Assembly: GCA_040386535.1 (NCBI GenBank)
Contig: JAZKFH010000017.1
Coordinates: 137,213-201,212 of the forward strand
DNA from: Myxococcota bacterium
GTDB lineage: Bacteria > Myxococcota_A > UBA796 > SXON01
Direction of reading: 5' to 3'
Length of the DNA stretch: 64,000 nt
Within the stretch, counting starts at the first letter, position 1. Every line of letters starts with the position of its first letter. Both the position numbers and the translations under genes were made by a program. The notes beneath the pieces are model-generated. The model did not search any database and had not been told where the DNA came from. It saw only the letters and a list, made by a program, of their open reading frames with translations. Positions 9,983-19,590 of this stretch are shown piece after piece.

Positions 9983-10291
9983 ATGACCCTCGACAAGATC
10001 CAGAACCTCGGCAAGGACGACTTCCTCAACATGCTCGGCCTCGAGACCCGCCGCAACGCGGTGGACTACATGGTCCCCGCCCTCGCCCTCTTCGGCGTCG
10101 GCGTGGTCGTCGGCACCGGCATCGGCCTCCTCGTCGCGCCCCGCCCGGGCCGCGAGCTGCGCCAGGACATCGCCACCCGCATCCAGCAGGCGCCCGAGGC
10201 GATCGGTCGCCTCCCCCAGCGCGCGAACGAAGCGATGCACCGCGTCTCGGACCAGATCTCCGAGAAGCTCCACGACGGCAAGATGGCGTAG
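9983..10291 (+). CDS. YtxH domain-containing protein
   Basis: GVVVGTGIGLLVAPRPGRELRQDI matches the YtxH consensus (G...LL.AP..G.E.R). Confidence 0.85.
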   Translation: MTLDKIQNLGKDDFLNMLGLETRRNAVDYMVPALALFGVGVVVGTGIGLLVAPRPGRELRQDIATRIQQAPEAIGRLPQRANEAMHRVSDQISEKLHDGKMA

Positions 10292-10320
10292 GGACGGCCC
10301 TCGTCTCCGCCTCCGGAGAT

Positions 10321-10425
10321 AACTTCGCCCTGGTTTCCCTCGGGAAGCCAGGGCGAAGTTCGTTTTGGGCTACGTCCTCGGCGGCCGGCTCCGCCATGGC
10401 TCCTTCGGACGAGCCATGGCGAAGT
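10321..10425. terminator. Two related strong hairpins between convergent genes (terminator or REP-like pair)
   Basis: AACTTCGCCCTGG...CCAGGGCGAAGTT (10321-10360, followed by CGTTTT) and CGCCATGGCTC...GAGCCATGGCG (10392-10421). Confidence 0.65.
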
Positions 10426-10453
10426 GCTCTTGCCCGCCACGCTGCCGCAGGTC

Positions 10454-11371
10454 CTACTTCTGTGCCGCGGGAACGGGGCCATCGGTGAGGACGATCGGCG
10501 GGGCGGCGGCCGGCTCGGCGTTCGGCTTCAGCTCGTCGTGCCGATGCGCGTACACCTGCGTGAAGATCGCGCCGAACAGGATGAGCTGGGCCGAGTAGTA
10601 GGTCCACACCAGCATCACGACCAGGGACCCGGCGGCGCCATACGCCGACGCGAGCGTGCTGTTCCCGATGTACAAGCCGATGGCCTGCTTGCCGATCGCG
10701 AACAGGATGGCGGTCACGAACGCCCCGATCCCCACGTCTCGCCATGCGATCTTCACGTCGGGCAGCACCCGGTAGATGAGCGCGAACAGGGAGGTGGTCA
10801 CGATGAGCGAGATGACGACGTTGACACACTGGGCGACGAACGGAGAGGTGATGAAGCCGCCGAACGAGCCCTGGAGGCCCGAGAGCGTGGCGCTGACCAT
10901 CAACGAGACGACGAGGAGGAACCCGATCACCAGCACCATCGCGAACGAGAGGAACCGCGCGCGGATGAGGGAGAGGAGGCGGACCTTGGGCTTGGGAGGC
11001 GCGCTCCAGATGAGGTTCAGCGCGGCCTGGAGCTCGCCGAACAGGCCGCTTGCCCCGAGCAGCAGCGTGACCGTGCCGATGACCGTGGCGATCACGCCCG
11101 AGCCTCCGTTGTTCGCGTTGGCGAGCATCTCCTCCACGGCTTTGGCGCCGGTCTCGCCCAGGAGGGCGCGCATCTGGATGCCGACCTCGTCGCGCGCGGC
11201 GTCGACGCCGTACACCATCCCCGCCACGGCGATGGCGATGATGAGGATGGGGGCCATGGAGAAGGTGGTGTAGTACGCCAACGCCGCCCCGATCCGGGGA
11301 GCATTGTGAAAATTCCAGGCCTTCCAGGTCTGGGTCAGGAGGCGCCAGAGCGCGCGCAGGGATTGTTTCAT
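10454..11371 (-). CDS. YihY/virulence factor BrkB family membrane protein
   Basis: GAALAYYTTFSMAP, ALNLIW, YRVLPD, SAYGAAGSLVVMLVWTYYSAQLILFGA. Confidence 0.93.
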   Translation of the reverse strand: MKQSLRALWRLLTQTWKAWNFHNAPRIGAALAYYTTFSMAPILIIAIAVAGMVYGVDAARDEVGIQMRALLGETGAKAVEEMLANANNGGSGVIATVIGTVTLLLGASGLFGELQAALNLIWSAPPKPKVRLLSLIRARFLSFAMVLVIGFLLVVSLMVSATLSGLQGSFGGFITSPFVAQCVNVVISLIVTTSLFALIYRVLPDVKIAWRDVGIGAFVTAILFAIGKQAIGLYIGNSTLASAYGAAGSLVVMLVWTYYSAQLILFGAIFTQVYAHRHDELKPNAEPAAAPPIVLTDGPVPAAQK

Positions 11372-11553
11372 TGTGCCCAGGGTGTCGCCCTTTCTAAACC
11401 TGGCATTCCCGCCCAGCCGGCCGTCTCGGACGCGACTGACACTCGAACATCCAACACGACGCGCCGCGGGAGGATGTCACGGATGGCAGCAAAACCTGCC
11501 AACTGCTGGACGTCGCCGCGGGGGGGCCCATCTTCGACAAAGGGGGCGCTCTG

Positions 11554-12945
11554 ATGCCTGCCGGACCCGCCGCCGCCTCTACCGTCCGCGTCACGGCGAT
11601 CGCCGCGATCGCCGCGGTGGGCGGGTTCCTCTTCGGCTTCGACACCGCCGTCATCAACGGCACGGTCGGCGCGCTCGAAGCCCAGTTCCAGGCGACCGAG
11701 CTCGCCACCGGGCTCACCGTGTCCTCGGCGCTGGTCGGCTCGGCCATCGGCGCGTTCCTCGCGGGGCGCCTCGCCGACCGGTACGGCCGGGCCCGCACGA
11801 TGCAGCTCACGGCGCTGCTGTTCGTCGTGAGCGGCTTCTTCTCCGGCGCGGCGCTCTCGTTGTGGGACCTCTCCTTCTGGCGGCTGGTGGGCGGGCTCGC
11901 CATCGGCCTCGCGAGCGTCATCGCGCCCGCGTACATCTCGGAGGTCTCCCCGGCGCGATTGCGGGGGCGGCTCGGCTCGTTGCAGCAGCTCGCCATCGTC
12001 ACCGGCATCTTCGCGGCGCTCCTCGGCGACTACGCCATCGCGGCCGTGGCGGGCTCCGCGTCGGCGCCCGCGTGGCTGGGGATCGAGGCCTGGCGCTGGA
12101 TGTTCTGGAGCGAGCTCGTACCCGCCACCCTCTACGGGCTCGGCGCGTTCTTCCTGCCCGAGTCGCCGCGCTACCTCGTCGCGCGCGGGCGCGAGGCCGA
12201 GGCGTTGGAGGTGCTCCGGGTCATCGAGGGCCCCGGCGCGAGCCACAAGCTGGACGAGATCCGCGAGACGGTGCGGACCGACCGCCCGGGAAAGCTGGCC
12301 GACCTGCGCCGGGCGGGCACGGGGCTCCTGCCCATCGTGTGGGTCGGCATCGCCCTGTCCGCGTTCCAGCAGCTCGTCGGGATCAACGTCATCTTCTACT
12401 ACTCGAGCGTGTTGTGGCAGGCGGTCGGCTTCTCCGAGGGAGGCGCCCTGGCGATCACCGTCATCACGAGTGTCACCAACATCGTCACGACGCTGCTCGC
12501 GATGGCGACCATCGACCGGTTGGGCCGCAAGCCGCTGCTGGTCGCGGGCTCGATCGGCATGGCGGTCACGCTCGGGATCCTCGCGTACACCTTCTCCAGC
12601 GCCACCGTGGACGCCGCCGGCAATCCATCGCTCCCCGGAAACGCCGGCGTGGTCGCGCTCGTAGCGGCCAACGCCTACGTGTTCTGCTTCGGCTTCTCGT
12701 GGGGCCCCGTCGTGTGGGTGCTCCTCGGCGAGATGTTCCCCAACCGCATCCGCGCGGTCGCCCTCTCCGTCGCCGCGACCGCCCAGTGGCTGACCAACTT
12801 CCTCGTCTCGGCCACCTTTCCCCTCCTCCTGTCCCGCGGCCTCGGCCTCGCCTACGGCCTGTACGCGACGGCGGCGGTGGTCTCCCTCTTCTTCGTGCTG
12901 CGTTTCGTGCCGGAGACCAAGGGGCGGGAGCTGGAGCAGATGTAG
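11554..12945 (+). CDS. Sugar porter family MFS transporter (GlcP-like)
   Basis: GGFLFGFDTAVING, DRYGR, PESPRYL, QQLVGINVIFYY, DRLGRK, PETKG. Confidence 0.95.
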   Translation: MPAGPAAASTVRVTAIAAIAAVGGFLFGFDTAVINGTVGALEAQFQATELATGLTVSSALVGSAIGAFLAGRLADRYGRARTMQLTALLFVVSGFFSGAALSLWDLSFWRLVGGLAIGLASVIAPAYISEVSPARLRGRLGSLQQLAIVTGIFAALLGDYAIAAVAGSASAPAWLGIEAWRWMFWSELVPATLYGLGAFFLPESPRYLVARGREAEALEVLRVIEGPGASHKLDEIRETVRTDRPGKLADLRRAGTGLLPIVWVGIALSAFQQLVGINVIFYYSSVLWQAVGFSEGGALAITVITSVTNIVTTLLAMATIDRLGRKPLLVAGSIGMAVTLGILAYTFSSATVDAAGNPSLPGNAGVVALVAANAYVFCFGFSWGPVVWVLLGEMFPNRIRAVALSVAATAQWLTNFLVSATFPLLLSRGLGLAYGLYATAAVVSLFFVLRFVPETKGRELEQM

Positions 12946-12949
12946 CGGC

Positions 12950-15900
12950 CTATCGCCCCGCCACCGCCTCGATCCGCCGCGCGTCCGCCGGCAGATCCTC
13001 GATGCGCACGATGCGGAACTCCACCCGCCGGTTGATCGCGAGCGCGTCGGGCGTCTCCCCCGCGACCAGCGGACGGGCCTCGCCGAACCCCTTGGAGAGC
13101 AGCCGCTCGTAGGGCACGCCGTGGTCGACGAGCCAGCGCATGACGGAGAACGCGCGCGCGTCCGAGAGGCGGATGTTGAAGGCGTCGGAGCCGTTGAGGT
13201 TCGTGTGGCCGCCGATGAGCACGTACGGGATCTCGGGGTGCTCGAGGAGCACGCCGGCGACCGCGCCCAGCACGCGCTCGCTGCCCGGGAGCAGCTCGGC
13301 GCGGGCCTCCTTGAAGTAGATCGTCTCGGTGATGACGATGCGATCGCCGGCGAGCTCCGCCACCTTGGGACAGCCGTCCGAGTAGCGGGGGTCCTGCTCG
13401 GGGCGGATCGGCTCGCGCGGGCACACGTCCTTGTCGAACGCCACGCCGTCGCCGTCGCCGTCGAGCTCGGGGCAGCCGTCGTCGTCGGTGAAGCCGTCGA
13501 CCGTCTCGGCCTGGTCGGGGCAGTCGTCCGACACGTCGGGGAATCCGTCCCCGTCACGATCCGCGAGGGGGTCGACGTAGACCGCGGGCGGGGGCGGCGG
13601 AGGCGGAAGTTTGGAGAACCCGACGCCCACGAACGCGCGCCACCGGCTCGCGCCGACGCCATCGTCCATCCCGGCGGCTGCCCCGAGCGTGGCCCACGCG
13701 CCCATGGGGAGCCGGGCGCGCGCGGAGAGGGAGGCCTCGATGGGGAGCTGGGCCGTGGGTCCCAACAACAAGTCGGAGGCGGTGGAGAACTCCAGCGCGG
13801 CGGAGAGCGTGTCGGTGGCGCGGAACGAGACGCCCACACCGCCCATCGGGCCGAAGCCCTCGGAGAGGTTGCGGGTCTGGGACGGCACGGCCACCATCAC
13901 GCCGGCCATGGCAAAGACGCCGAGGCGACCGAAGTCTTCGCCGATCGTCCCGGCCACCATCGCGCGGGGGCTCGTGCTGCCCACCCAATGCGCTTCCGAG
14001 CCCGTGGGCGCCCACACCGCCGTACGCAGCGCGATCGTGGGCCAGCCGTCGCGCTTCCAGGGCACCTGGGCGCCGAGGCGGATGTCGCCGAGCGCGCTGA
14101 ACCCGCCGCTCGAATCCACGCCGAACAGGTGCACGGGGATGACCGCGTCCACCTGGAGGCCGCCGAAGGACCACGCGCCCGTGACGTTGGCCGTCGCGAG
14201 CGCGTCGAGCACGGGCACGCGCCCGTCGGGGAGGGTCTCCGCGAGCGGATCGTCGGCGTAGTCGAACACCACCCCCGCGTCCCACTGGCCGCTCGCCCCC
14301 ACGTCGGGGCAGCCGAGGCGGGTGTAACAATTGGGGTCGCCGGTGGTGGCCCCAAGCTGGAACCCGTGCGCGTCGACCGCGAGGGCCGGGCCGCTGACGC
14401 TCATCGCCACGACCGCGGCGCCCGCGCGCCGACGCAAGAGGCCGCCGAGCCCCCCGAGCAGGAGCACCCCCGCCCAGCCGCCGCCACAACCGCCGCCGAC
14501 GAGGTCACCCTGGTAGTCGAGAAAATCGGGCGCGCCGTCCTGGTCGAGATCGTCGGTGCCCTCGGTGCGATCGAGGTAGCTGTCGTCGTCGCTGTCGAGG
14601 TCCCACGCGTTGATCGTGCCGTCCTCGTCCGCGTCCACGTCGTACGTGCCGTCGTCGTCGAGATCGTAGGTCTGCTCCGTGCGCGTCGGGATGCCGTCGC
14701 CATCGTCGTCTTCGTCGAGCGCGTCGAGGAGCTGGTCCTCGTCCCGGTCGGTGATCTCGATGCCATCGGAGAGCGTGTCACCGTCGGTGTCGGGGTTGGC
14801 CGGGTCGGTGCCGAAGCCCCACTCGGCCAGGTCCGTGAGGCCGTCGCCGTCCCGATCGTCCGTCTCCGCCCAGCCGTCACAATCGTCGTCGAGCCCGTTC
14901 TCGCGCTCGATCGCCCCGGGATGTACGGCGGGATCGGTGTCGTCGCAGTCCTCGGCAACGAGCCAGCCGTCGCCGTCCTGGTCGTCGTCGCGGCCGTCAC
15001 AATCGTCGTCCACGCCGTCGTACCAGAGCTCCACGGCGCCCGGGTTCACGGCGGCGTCGGTGTCGTCGCAGTCGTCGCCCGCGCCTAGCTCGTTCTGGTA
15101 GCCGTCGCCATCGCGGTCCCACTCGGAGAGCCCGTCACAATCGGTGTCCTGGCCATCGGAGGGGTCCTCGTACGCGCCCGGAAACGCGCGAGGATCGCCG
15201 TCGTTGCAGTCGGTGCCGCCCGCGGGCTCGCCCACCCACCCGTCGCCGTCCACGTCGACCAGGTCGGCGCCGGAGCAGTCCTGGTCGATGGTGTCGTACG
15301 GAAGCTCGGTGTTGCCGGGGAACCGCGCCGCGGACAGATCGTCGCAATCCGCGCCGCCGTACGCCGACGCGTCGTGCCCGTCCCGGTCGCGATCGTAGTC
15401 GGAGCGGCCGTCACAGTCGGCGTCGATGCCGTCGTACCAGGTCTCCGGGCGCGTCCCGTACACGGTGGGATCGGCATCGTCGCAGTCGTCGCCGCCCCCC
15501 ACGATCGCGTCGTGCCGGTCGCCGTCGTAGTCGTAGTCGGAGCCGCCGCTGCAGTCGGCGTCGACCCCGTCGTACCAGACCTCCAGGGCGCCCGGGAACA
15601 CGCTCGCCTCGTCGTCGTCGCAGTCGCCGCCGGACACGCGGCCGAAGCCGTCACCGTCCACGTCGTCCAGATCGCCGCCCGAGCAGTCCTGGTCGATCGC
15701 GTCGTAGGCCACCTCGGGCGCGCCCGGGTACACGGCCGCGTCGCCGTCGTCACAGTCCACGTTGTCGAACCAACCGTCGCGATCGCCGTCCTGCACGTCC
15801 GCGTCGGGGCCGCCGAAGGCGCCGATGTCGGAGCGGGTGCCGTCGACGTCGAAGATCGCGGGGCTGCCCGCGTCCAGGGCGGGGCTGCCGACGGCGAGGG

Positions 15901-17857
15901 ACAGGTCGTCGTCCGTCTCGTCGCCGTCCGCGGAGTAGGCCACGAGCCGCGGGTCGAGCGAGAGGTTGCCGCTGGTGCCGGTGGGATCCGCGAAGGCGCC
16001 GGCCCAGCCGCCGCCCGCGTCGTCCCACACGAGATCGTAGAAGTGATCCGAGCCGGTGCCGGAGAGGCCCCACACCCCGCCGCCGTCGACCGCCTGGGTG
16101 AAGAGATCGTTGACGAGGCGCACGGGCCCGCCGGCGTAGACGTGGCCGCCGTCGTCGGTGGCGTCGTTGCCGGCGAAGGTGCAGTTCTCGACCGACACCT
16201 GCACCACGCCGTCCACGTGGAGGCCGCCGCCGTCGGTGGCGGTGTTGTCGGTCACGCGCAGGTTCGTCAACGTGGCGGAGACGCGGGGCGTCGCGATGCG
16301 GATTGCGCCGCCGGAGCGGCCGGTGTTGCCATGGAAATAGCCACGGGAGAGGGTCACGGTGTCGACCGCGTCGGCGTGGACGGCGCCGCCGTCGCCGCGT
16401 GCGTCATTGCGGAAGAAGGTCGCTTCGCGGACGGTGAGGCGCGCGCCGGTGACTTGGATCGCGCCGCCGTCGTCGTCCGCGGAGTTGGCGACGAAGCGGG
16501 CGCCGTCGACGTCCAAGGTGTCATCGGCCGCCACCGCGCCGCCGCCGCCGAGCGTGGCGACGTTGCTGTCGAACGTGCCGCCCTCGATGGAGAGCGGGCC
16601 CTGGCACCACACGGCGCCGCCGCTGCCCGTGGCGCTGCGGTCGTTGAGGAACGACACGTCGATCAGAATGAGGGCGCCGCTGCCCGCGGCCGCGATGGCG
16701 CCGCCGTCCGAGCGTGCGGTGTTCGCGACGAACACGGCGCCGTCGAAGCGCGCGGTGGCCGCGCCCTCCAACACGGCCGCGCCGCCGGCGCCGCCGGACT
16801 CGTTGTCCTGCCAGGTGCCGTCGACATCGTCCCAGGACGAGCCGCTCCCGAGCAGGAGCGCGCCGCCGTCGTTGGTGGCGACGTTGCCCTCGAACAGGCA
16901 CGCCTCGCACGATCCCGTCGTGCCGCCGCGCGCGGCCACCGCGGCGCCCTCGTCGGCCACCGCGCCCGAGATGACGAGGCGCAAGCCGTCGAACGTCGCG
17001 CCGTCGAGCGCCACGGCGCCGCCCGTCGCGTTCACGAGGGACACGTCCACGAGCACGACGCCCGCGCTGTCGTCGGCGAAGATCGCGCCGCCGAGATCGG
17101 CGGTGGCGCCGGTCACCATGGCGGTGTCGAGCGTGAGCGCGCCGTGGCCGGTCACGTAGAAGCCGCCGCCGTCGCCACCCGTCGCGAGCGCAACATCGAG
17201 GGACAGGTAGACCAATTCGAGCGTGCCGCCGTCGACGTGGGCGAACCCGCCGTCGCGCGTGGAGGTGATGTCGGTGGCGAGCACGGTGGTGAGCGTGACG
17301 GTGGCGCCGCCGCTCACGTGCAGGGCGCCGCCGTACGTGGCGGTGCCGCCGGAGAACACGAGGTTGGTGCCGGTCACGACGGCGCCGAGGCCGGCGTGGA
17401 GCTGCCCGCCCCACGTGGCGGCGCCGCCGGAGAAGCTCACGTCGCGGAGCGTCGCGACGGCGTCCTCCACGGACAGGCCCCCGCCCGCGACGCCGAGCGC
17501 GCCCGCGCCCTGCACGACCAGATCGGTGCCGGTGAAGGTGCCGCCGTCGACCACCACTGCGCGGCCGCCGGAGGGGGTGATCGTGAAGCCTTCGAGCGTC
17601 GCGCGTTCGCCGCGGGTGAGGGTGAACACGTCGGCCGCGGTGGCGGGGGCGAGGAACGTCACGCCCGAGCCGCCCGTGGAGCGGATCACGAGGTCCTTCC
17701 CGCCGAGATCGAGGGCCTCGGCCCACGCACCGGGGGCCACCTCGAGCGTGTCGCCGTCGTTGGCCGCGGAGACGGCCGCGCCGATCGTGGCATAGGGCCC
17801 GCTGCCGCCCACGGCGAAGGTGGCCGCGGAAGCGGCACCGAACCAGAACACGATCAT
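12950..17857 (-). CDS. Adhesin-like beta-helix/MopE-repeat protein fused through an internal MYXO-CTERM-like motif to a TraB-like OmpA-family outer-membrane protein
   Basis: 1635-aa ORF: GGA(I/L/V)/FxxN beta-helix repeats, 7 DCDD..PG..E..D..D.DC repeats, TSP3-like Asp repeats, GGGCGGG-hydrophobic-RRR, AGAAVVAMSVSGPALA, beta-barrel, poly-Pro, DRDGDG..D..DDCP, OmpA C-terminal (GHT, LSDARA, GFGE, NRRVEF). Confidence 0.85.
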   Translation of the reverse strand: MIVFWFGAASAATFAVGGSGPYATIGAAVSAANDGDTLEVAPGAWAEALDLGGKDLVIRSTGGSGVTFLAPATAADVFTLTRGERATLEGFTITPSGGRAVVVDGGTFTGTDLVVQGAGALGVAGGGLSVEDAVATLRDVSFSGGAATWGGQLHAGLGAVVTGTNLVFSGGTATYGGALHVSGGATVTLTTVLATDITSTRDGGFAHVDGGTLELVYLSLDVALATGGDGGGFYVTGHGALTLDTAMVTGATADLGGAIFADDSAGVVLVDVSLVNATGGAVALDGATFDGLRLVISGAVADEGAAVAARGGTTGSCEACLFEGNVATNDGGALLLGSGSSWDDVDGTWQDNESGGAGGAAVLEGAATARFDGAVFVANTARSDGGAIAAAGSGALILIDVSFLNDRSATGSGGAVWCQGPLSIEGGTFDSNVATLGGGGAVAADDTLDVDGARFVANSADDDGGAIQVTGARLTVREATFFRNDARGDGGAVHADAVDTVTLSRGYFHGNTGRSGGAIRIATPRVSATLTNLRVTDNTATDGGGLHVDGVVQVSVENCTFAGNDATDDGGHVYAGGPVRLVNDLFTQAVDGGGVWGLSGTGSDHFYDLVWDDAGGGWAGAFADPTGTSGNLSLDPRLVAYSADGDETDDDLSLAVGSPALDAGSPAIFDVDGTRSDIGAFGGPDADVQDGDRDGWFDNVDCDDGDAAVYPGAPEVAYDAIDQDCSGGDLDDVDGDGFGRVSGGDCDDDEASVFPGALEVWYDGVDADCSGGSDYDYDGDRHDAIVGGGDDCDDADPTVYGTRPETWYDGIDADCDGRSDYDRDRDGHDASAYGGADCDDLSAARFPGNTELPYDTIDQDCSGADLVDVDGDGWVGEPAGGTDCNDGDPRAFPGAYEDPSDGQDTDCDGLSEWDRDGDGYQNELGAGDDCDDTDAAVNPGAVELWYDGVDDDCDGRDDDQDGDGWLVAEDCDDTDPAVHPGAIERENGLDDDCDGWAETDDRDGDGLTDLAEWGFGTDPANPDTDGDTLSDGIEITDRDEDQLLDALDEDDDGDGIPTRTEQTYDLDDDGTYDVDADEDGTINAWDLDSDDDSYLDRTEGTDDLDQDGAPDFLDYQGDLVGGGCGGGWAGVLLLGGLGGLLRRRAGAAVVAMSVSGPALAVDAHGFQLGATTGDPNCYTRLGCPDVGASGQWDAGVVFDYADDPLAETLPDGRVPVLDALATANVTGAWSFGGLQVDAVIPVHLFGVDSSGGFSALGDIRLGAQVPWKRDGWPTIALRTAVWAPTGSEAHWVGSTSPRAMVAGTIGEDFGRLGVFAMAGVMVAVPSQTRNLSEGFGPMGGVGVSFRATDTLSAALEFSTASDLLLGPTAQLPIEASLSARARLPMGAWATLGAAAGMDDGVGASRWRAFVGVGFSKLPPPPPPPAVYVDPLADRDGDGFPDVSDDCPDQAETVDGFTDDDGCPELDGDGDGVAFDKDVCPREPIRPEQDPRYSDGCPKVAELAGDRIVITETIYFKEARAELLPGSERVLGAVAGVLLEHPEIPYVLIGGHTNLNGSDAFNIRLSDARAFSVMRWLVDHGVPYERLLSKGFGEARPLVAGETPDALAINRRVEFRIVRIEDLPADARRIEAVAGR

Positions 17858-19338
17858 GTGCGCCTCCGGACGGCGAGCAGGCTCATCAGTGCGAGGAGCG
17901 CGGGGGTTCCGCCTCCTTCCGATACGGGGGAACAGCCGCAGCCGCCGGGCTCGCCGGAGAGGTCGGCGGCGCCGAGGCGGACTTCGGGGGCGGTGTCGGT
18001 GGGGGCGGTGTCGGTTTCGGTGTTGGCGGTGTCGGTGTTGGCGGTGTCGGTGTCGGCGGTGTCGGTAGCGGTATCGGTGTCGGTATCGGTGTCGGCGGTG
18101 TCGCCCGTGTCGCCCGTGTCGTCACTGGCTTGGAGTGTGTAGGAGAGCTGGGCCTCGTCCATCTCCAGGAGGCCGAACGCGCCGAGGCGGAGGGTGTCGA
18201 CCGAGCCGAGCGGGGTGGACAACGTGGCGCCCGTGCCCCACGTGGCGGTGAGCGTGGCGCCGTCCCAATCGACGACCAATCCCACCCAGGCCCCCGGGGT
18301 CGGCACCCCGACCAGGTGGCCCACGCGGCTGTCCACCGTCTCGACCCACAAGTGCCACGTCGGCCCGAGGAGCGCGAGCGCGGGGGCGGCGGCGGCCTCC
18401 TCGCCCCAGGCCGCGAACCCGGGCGTCACGAGCGGGCCGCGGTCGCCGCTGGTGGCGACGAGGTCCGCGTCGGCGGCGGCGTCGGTGCCGTACACGCCGT
18501 CCGCCCCGACCCACACGGCGGCGAGCCCGCCCCCGAAGGAGACGGCGTCGATCCCAGCGAGCCGCGTCGGCCCGGCGACCACGGTCGCGGCGCTCCAGCT
18601 ACGCCCGTCGGTCGACGTGGCGCTCACGACGCCCGTGCCGTCGTCGATCCACATCTGCCATCCCCCCGCCTCCCGCGCGGTCACGGTGACCTCGGGCGCG
18701 GCGGCGGTGGTGAAGAGCACGGCGCCCAGGGAGAACGTCACCCCGTCGGCGGACGTGGCAAGACACACCCCGTCCAAATCGGGGCACGCGTAGTAGAGGA
18801 CCACGCCGCCACCGTCCACGACCGCGTCGGGCGCCGACCCGGTGACCACGGCGCCGAGCTCGGTCCACGTGGTCCCGTCGGACGAGCGCGCGGCGTGCAC
18901 CGCGCCGGCCTGCTCGCGGTACAGGACCCAGCCCGCACCCAAACGAACAATCGCGGGCGAACGCCCGTCGAACGTGCTCGCGGCGTCCGCCTCCCAAGCT
19001 TGTTCACCCAGGGGGAGCGGCGCCGAGGAGGCGCCCAGCGTCAGGCCGCCGCCGTCGGTGTAGGTGGCGGCCAGGGTGGCTTCCGCACTCGCGTCGCCCG
19101 CGGCGAACGAGAGTTGGGTGCCTTCGGCCAGGCGGACGCGGGCCGCGAGGTGGAAGCTCTCCATCGCGCCGGGCGCCAGCACCACCTCGCCGTCGCGGGC
19201 GGCGAGCACGCCGGCGGAGACACTGCCGCCGGTCCATCCGCCGTCGTCGTCCGTGAACGCGGTGGCGAGGGTGCCGGCGTGGGCCCCCGGGAGGATCCAG
19301 GGGACGGCCCAGAGGGCGATGGACAGGGGGAGAGCCAT
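17854..19338 (-). CDS. MYXO-CTERM surface protein with Asp-box (BNR)-like propeller region and Asp/Thr linker
   Basis: Signal peptide; SSDGTTW, TSADGVTF, TSTDGRSW; DTGDTGDTADTDT linker; C-terminal GGCGC-hydrophobic-RRRT; TGA overlaps the ATG of the 12950-17857 gene. Confidence 0.85.
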   Translation of the reverse strand: MALPLSIALWAVPWILPGAHAGTLATAFTDDDGGWTGGSVSAGVLAARDGEVVLAPGAMESFHLAARVRLAEGTQLSFAAGDASAEATLAATYTDGGGLTLGASSAPLPLGEQAWEADAASTFDGRSPAIVRLGAGWVLYREQAGAVHAARSSDGTTWTELGAVVTGSAPDAVVDGGGVVLYYACPDLDGVCLATSADGVTFSLGAVLFTTAAAPEVTVTAREAGGWQMWIDDGTGVVSATSTDGRSWSAATVVAGPTRLAGIDAVSFGGGLAAVWVGADGVYGTDAAADADLVATSGDRGPLVTPGFAAWGEEAAAAPALALLGPTWHLWVETVDSRVGHLVGVPTPGAWVGLVVDWDGATLTATWGTGATLSTPLGSVDTLRLGAFGLLEMDEAQLSYTLQASDDTGDTGDTADTDTDTDTATDTADTDTANTDTANTETDTAPTDTAPEVRLGAADLSGEPGGCGCSPVSEGGGTPALLALMSLLAVRRRT

Positions 19339-19419
19339 GGGGCGCTATCGGTCGGCGGGGGGTGGAGTTGAGGGGAATCTCGGGAGGGAGGGGCGGCACA
19401 CGGAGGGGCCGGCGCCGAA

Positions 19420-19471
19420 ACCCGACAGATCTCGCCTCACTGCCGGCACTGACGCCCGTTCTGTCGGGTCC
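19420..19471. repeat. ~50-bp palindromic repeat, intact copy 1
   Basis: ACCCGACAGA...TCTGTCGGGT terminal inverted arms; second copy starts at 19557 and is split by the IS (resumes 21130-21156). Confidence 0.85.
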
Positions 19472-19590
19472 GTCTGGGCATCGTGGACGAGTTATCGGCG
19501 TTCGTCCGTGTCCGCGCGCCGGTTCCCACCGCCAGGAGCTCGATCCGGGCGTCAAGACCCGACAGATCTCGCCTCACGACCGGTACTGAC

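Noticed and set aside
19492..19499. Sigma-28 -10 box GCCGATAA (minus strand; another on plus at 61829-61836)
   Set aside because: Neither has a TAAA-like -35 at the expected 15-bp spacing.
19420..19590. CRISPR or integron attC interpretation of the 50-bp palindromes
   Set aside because: Only two copies ~85 bp apart, no RYYYAAC/GTTRRRY ends, no integrase or cas gene.
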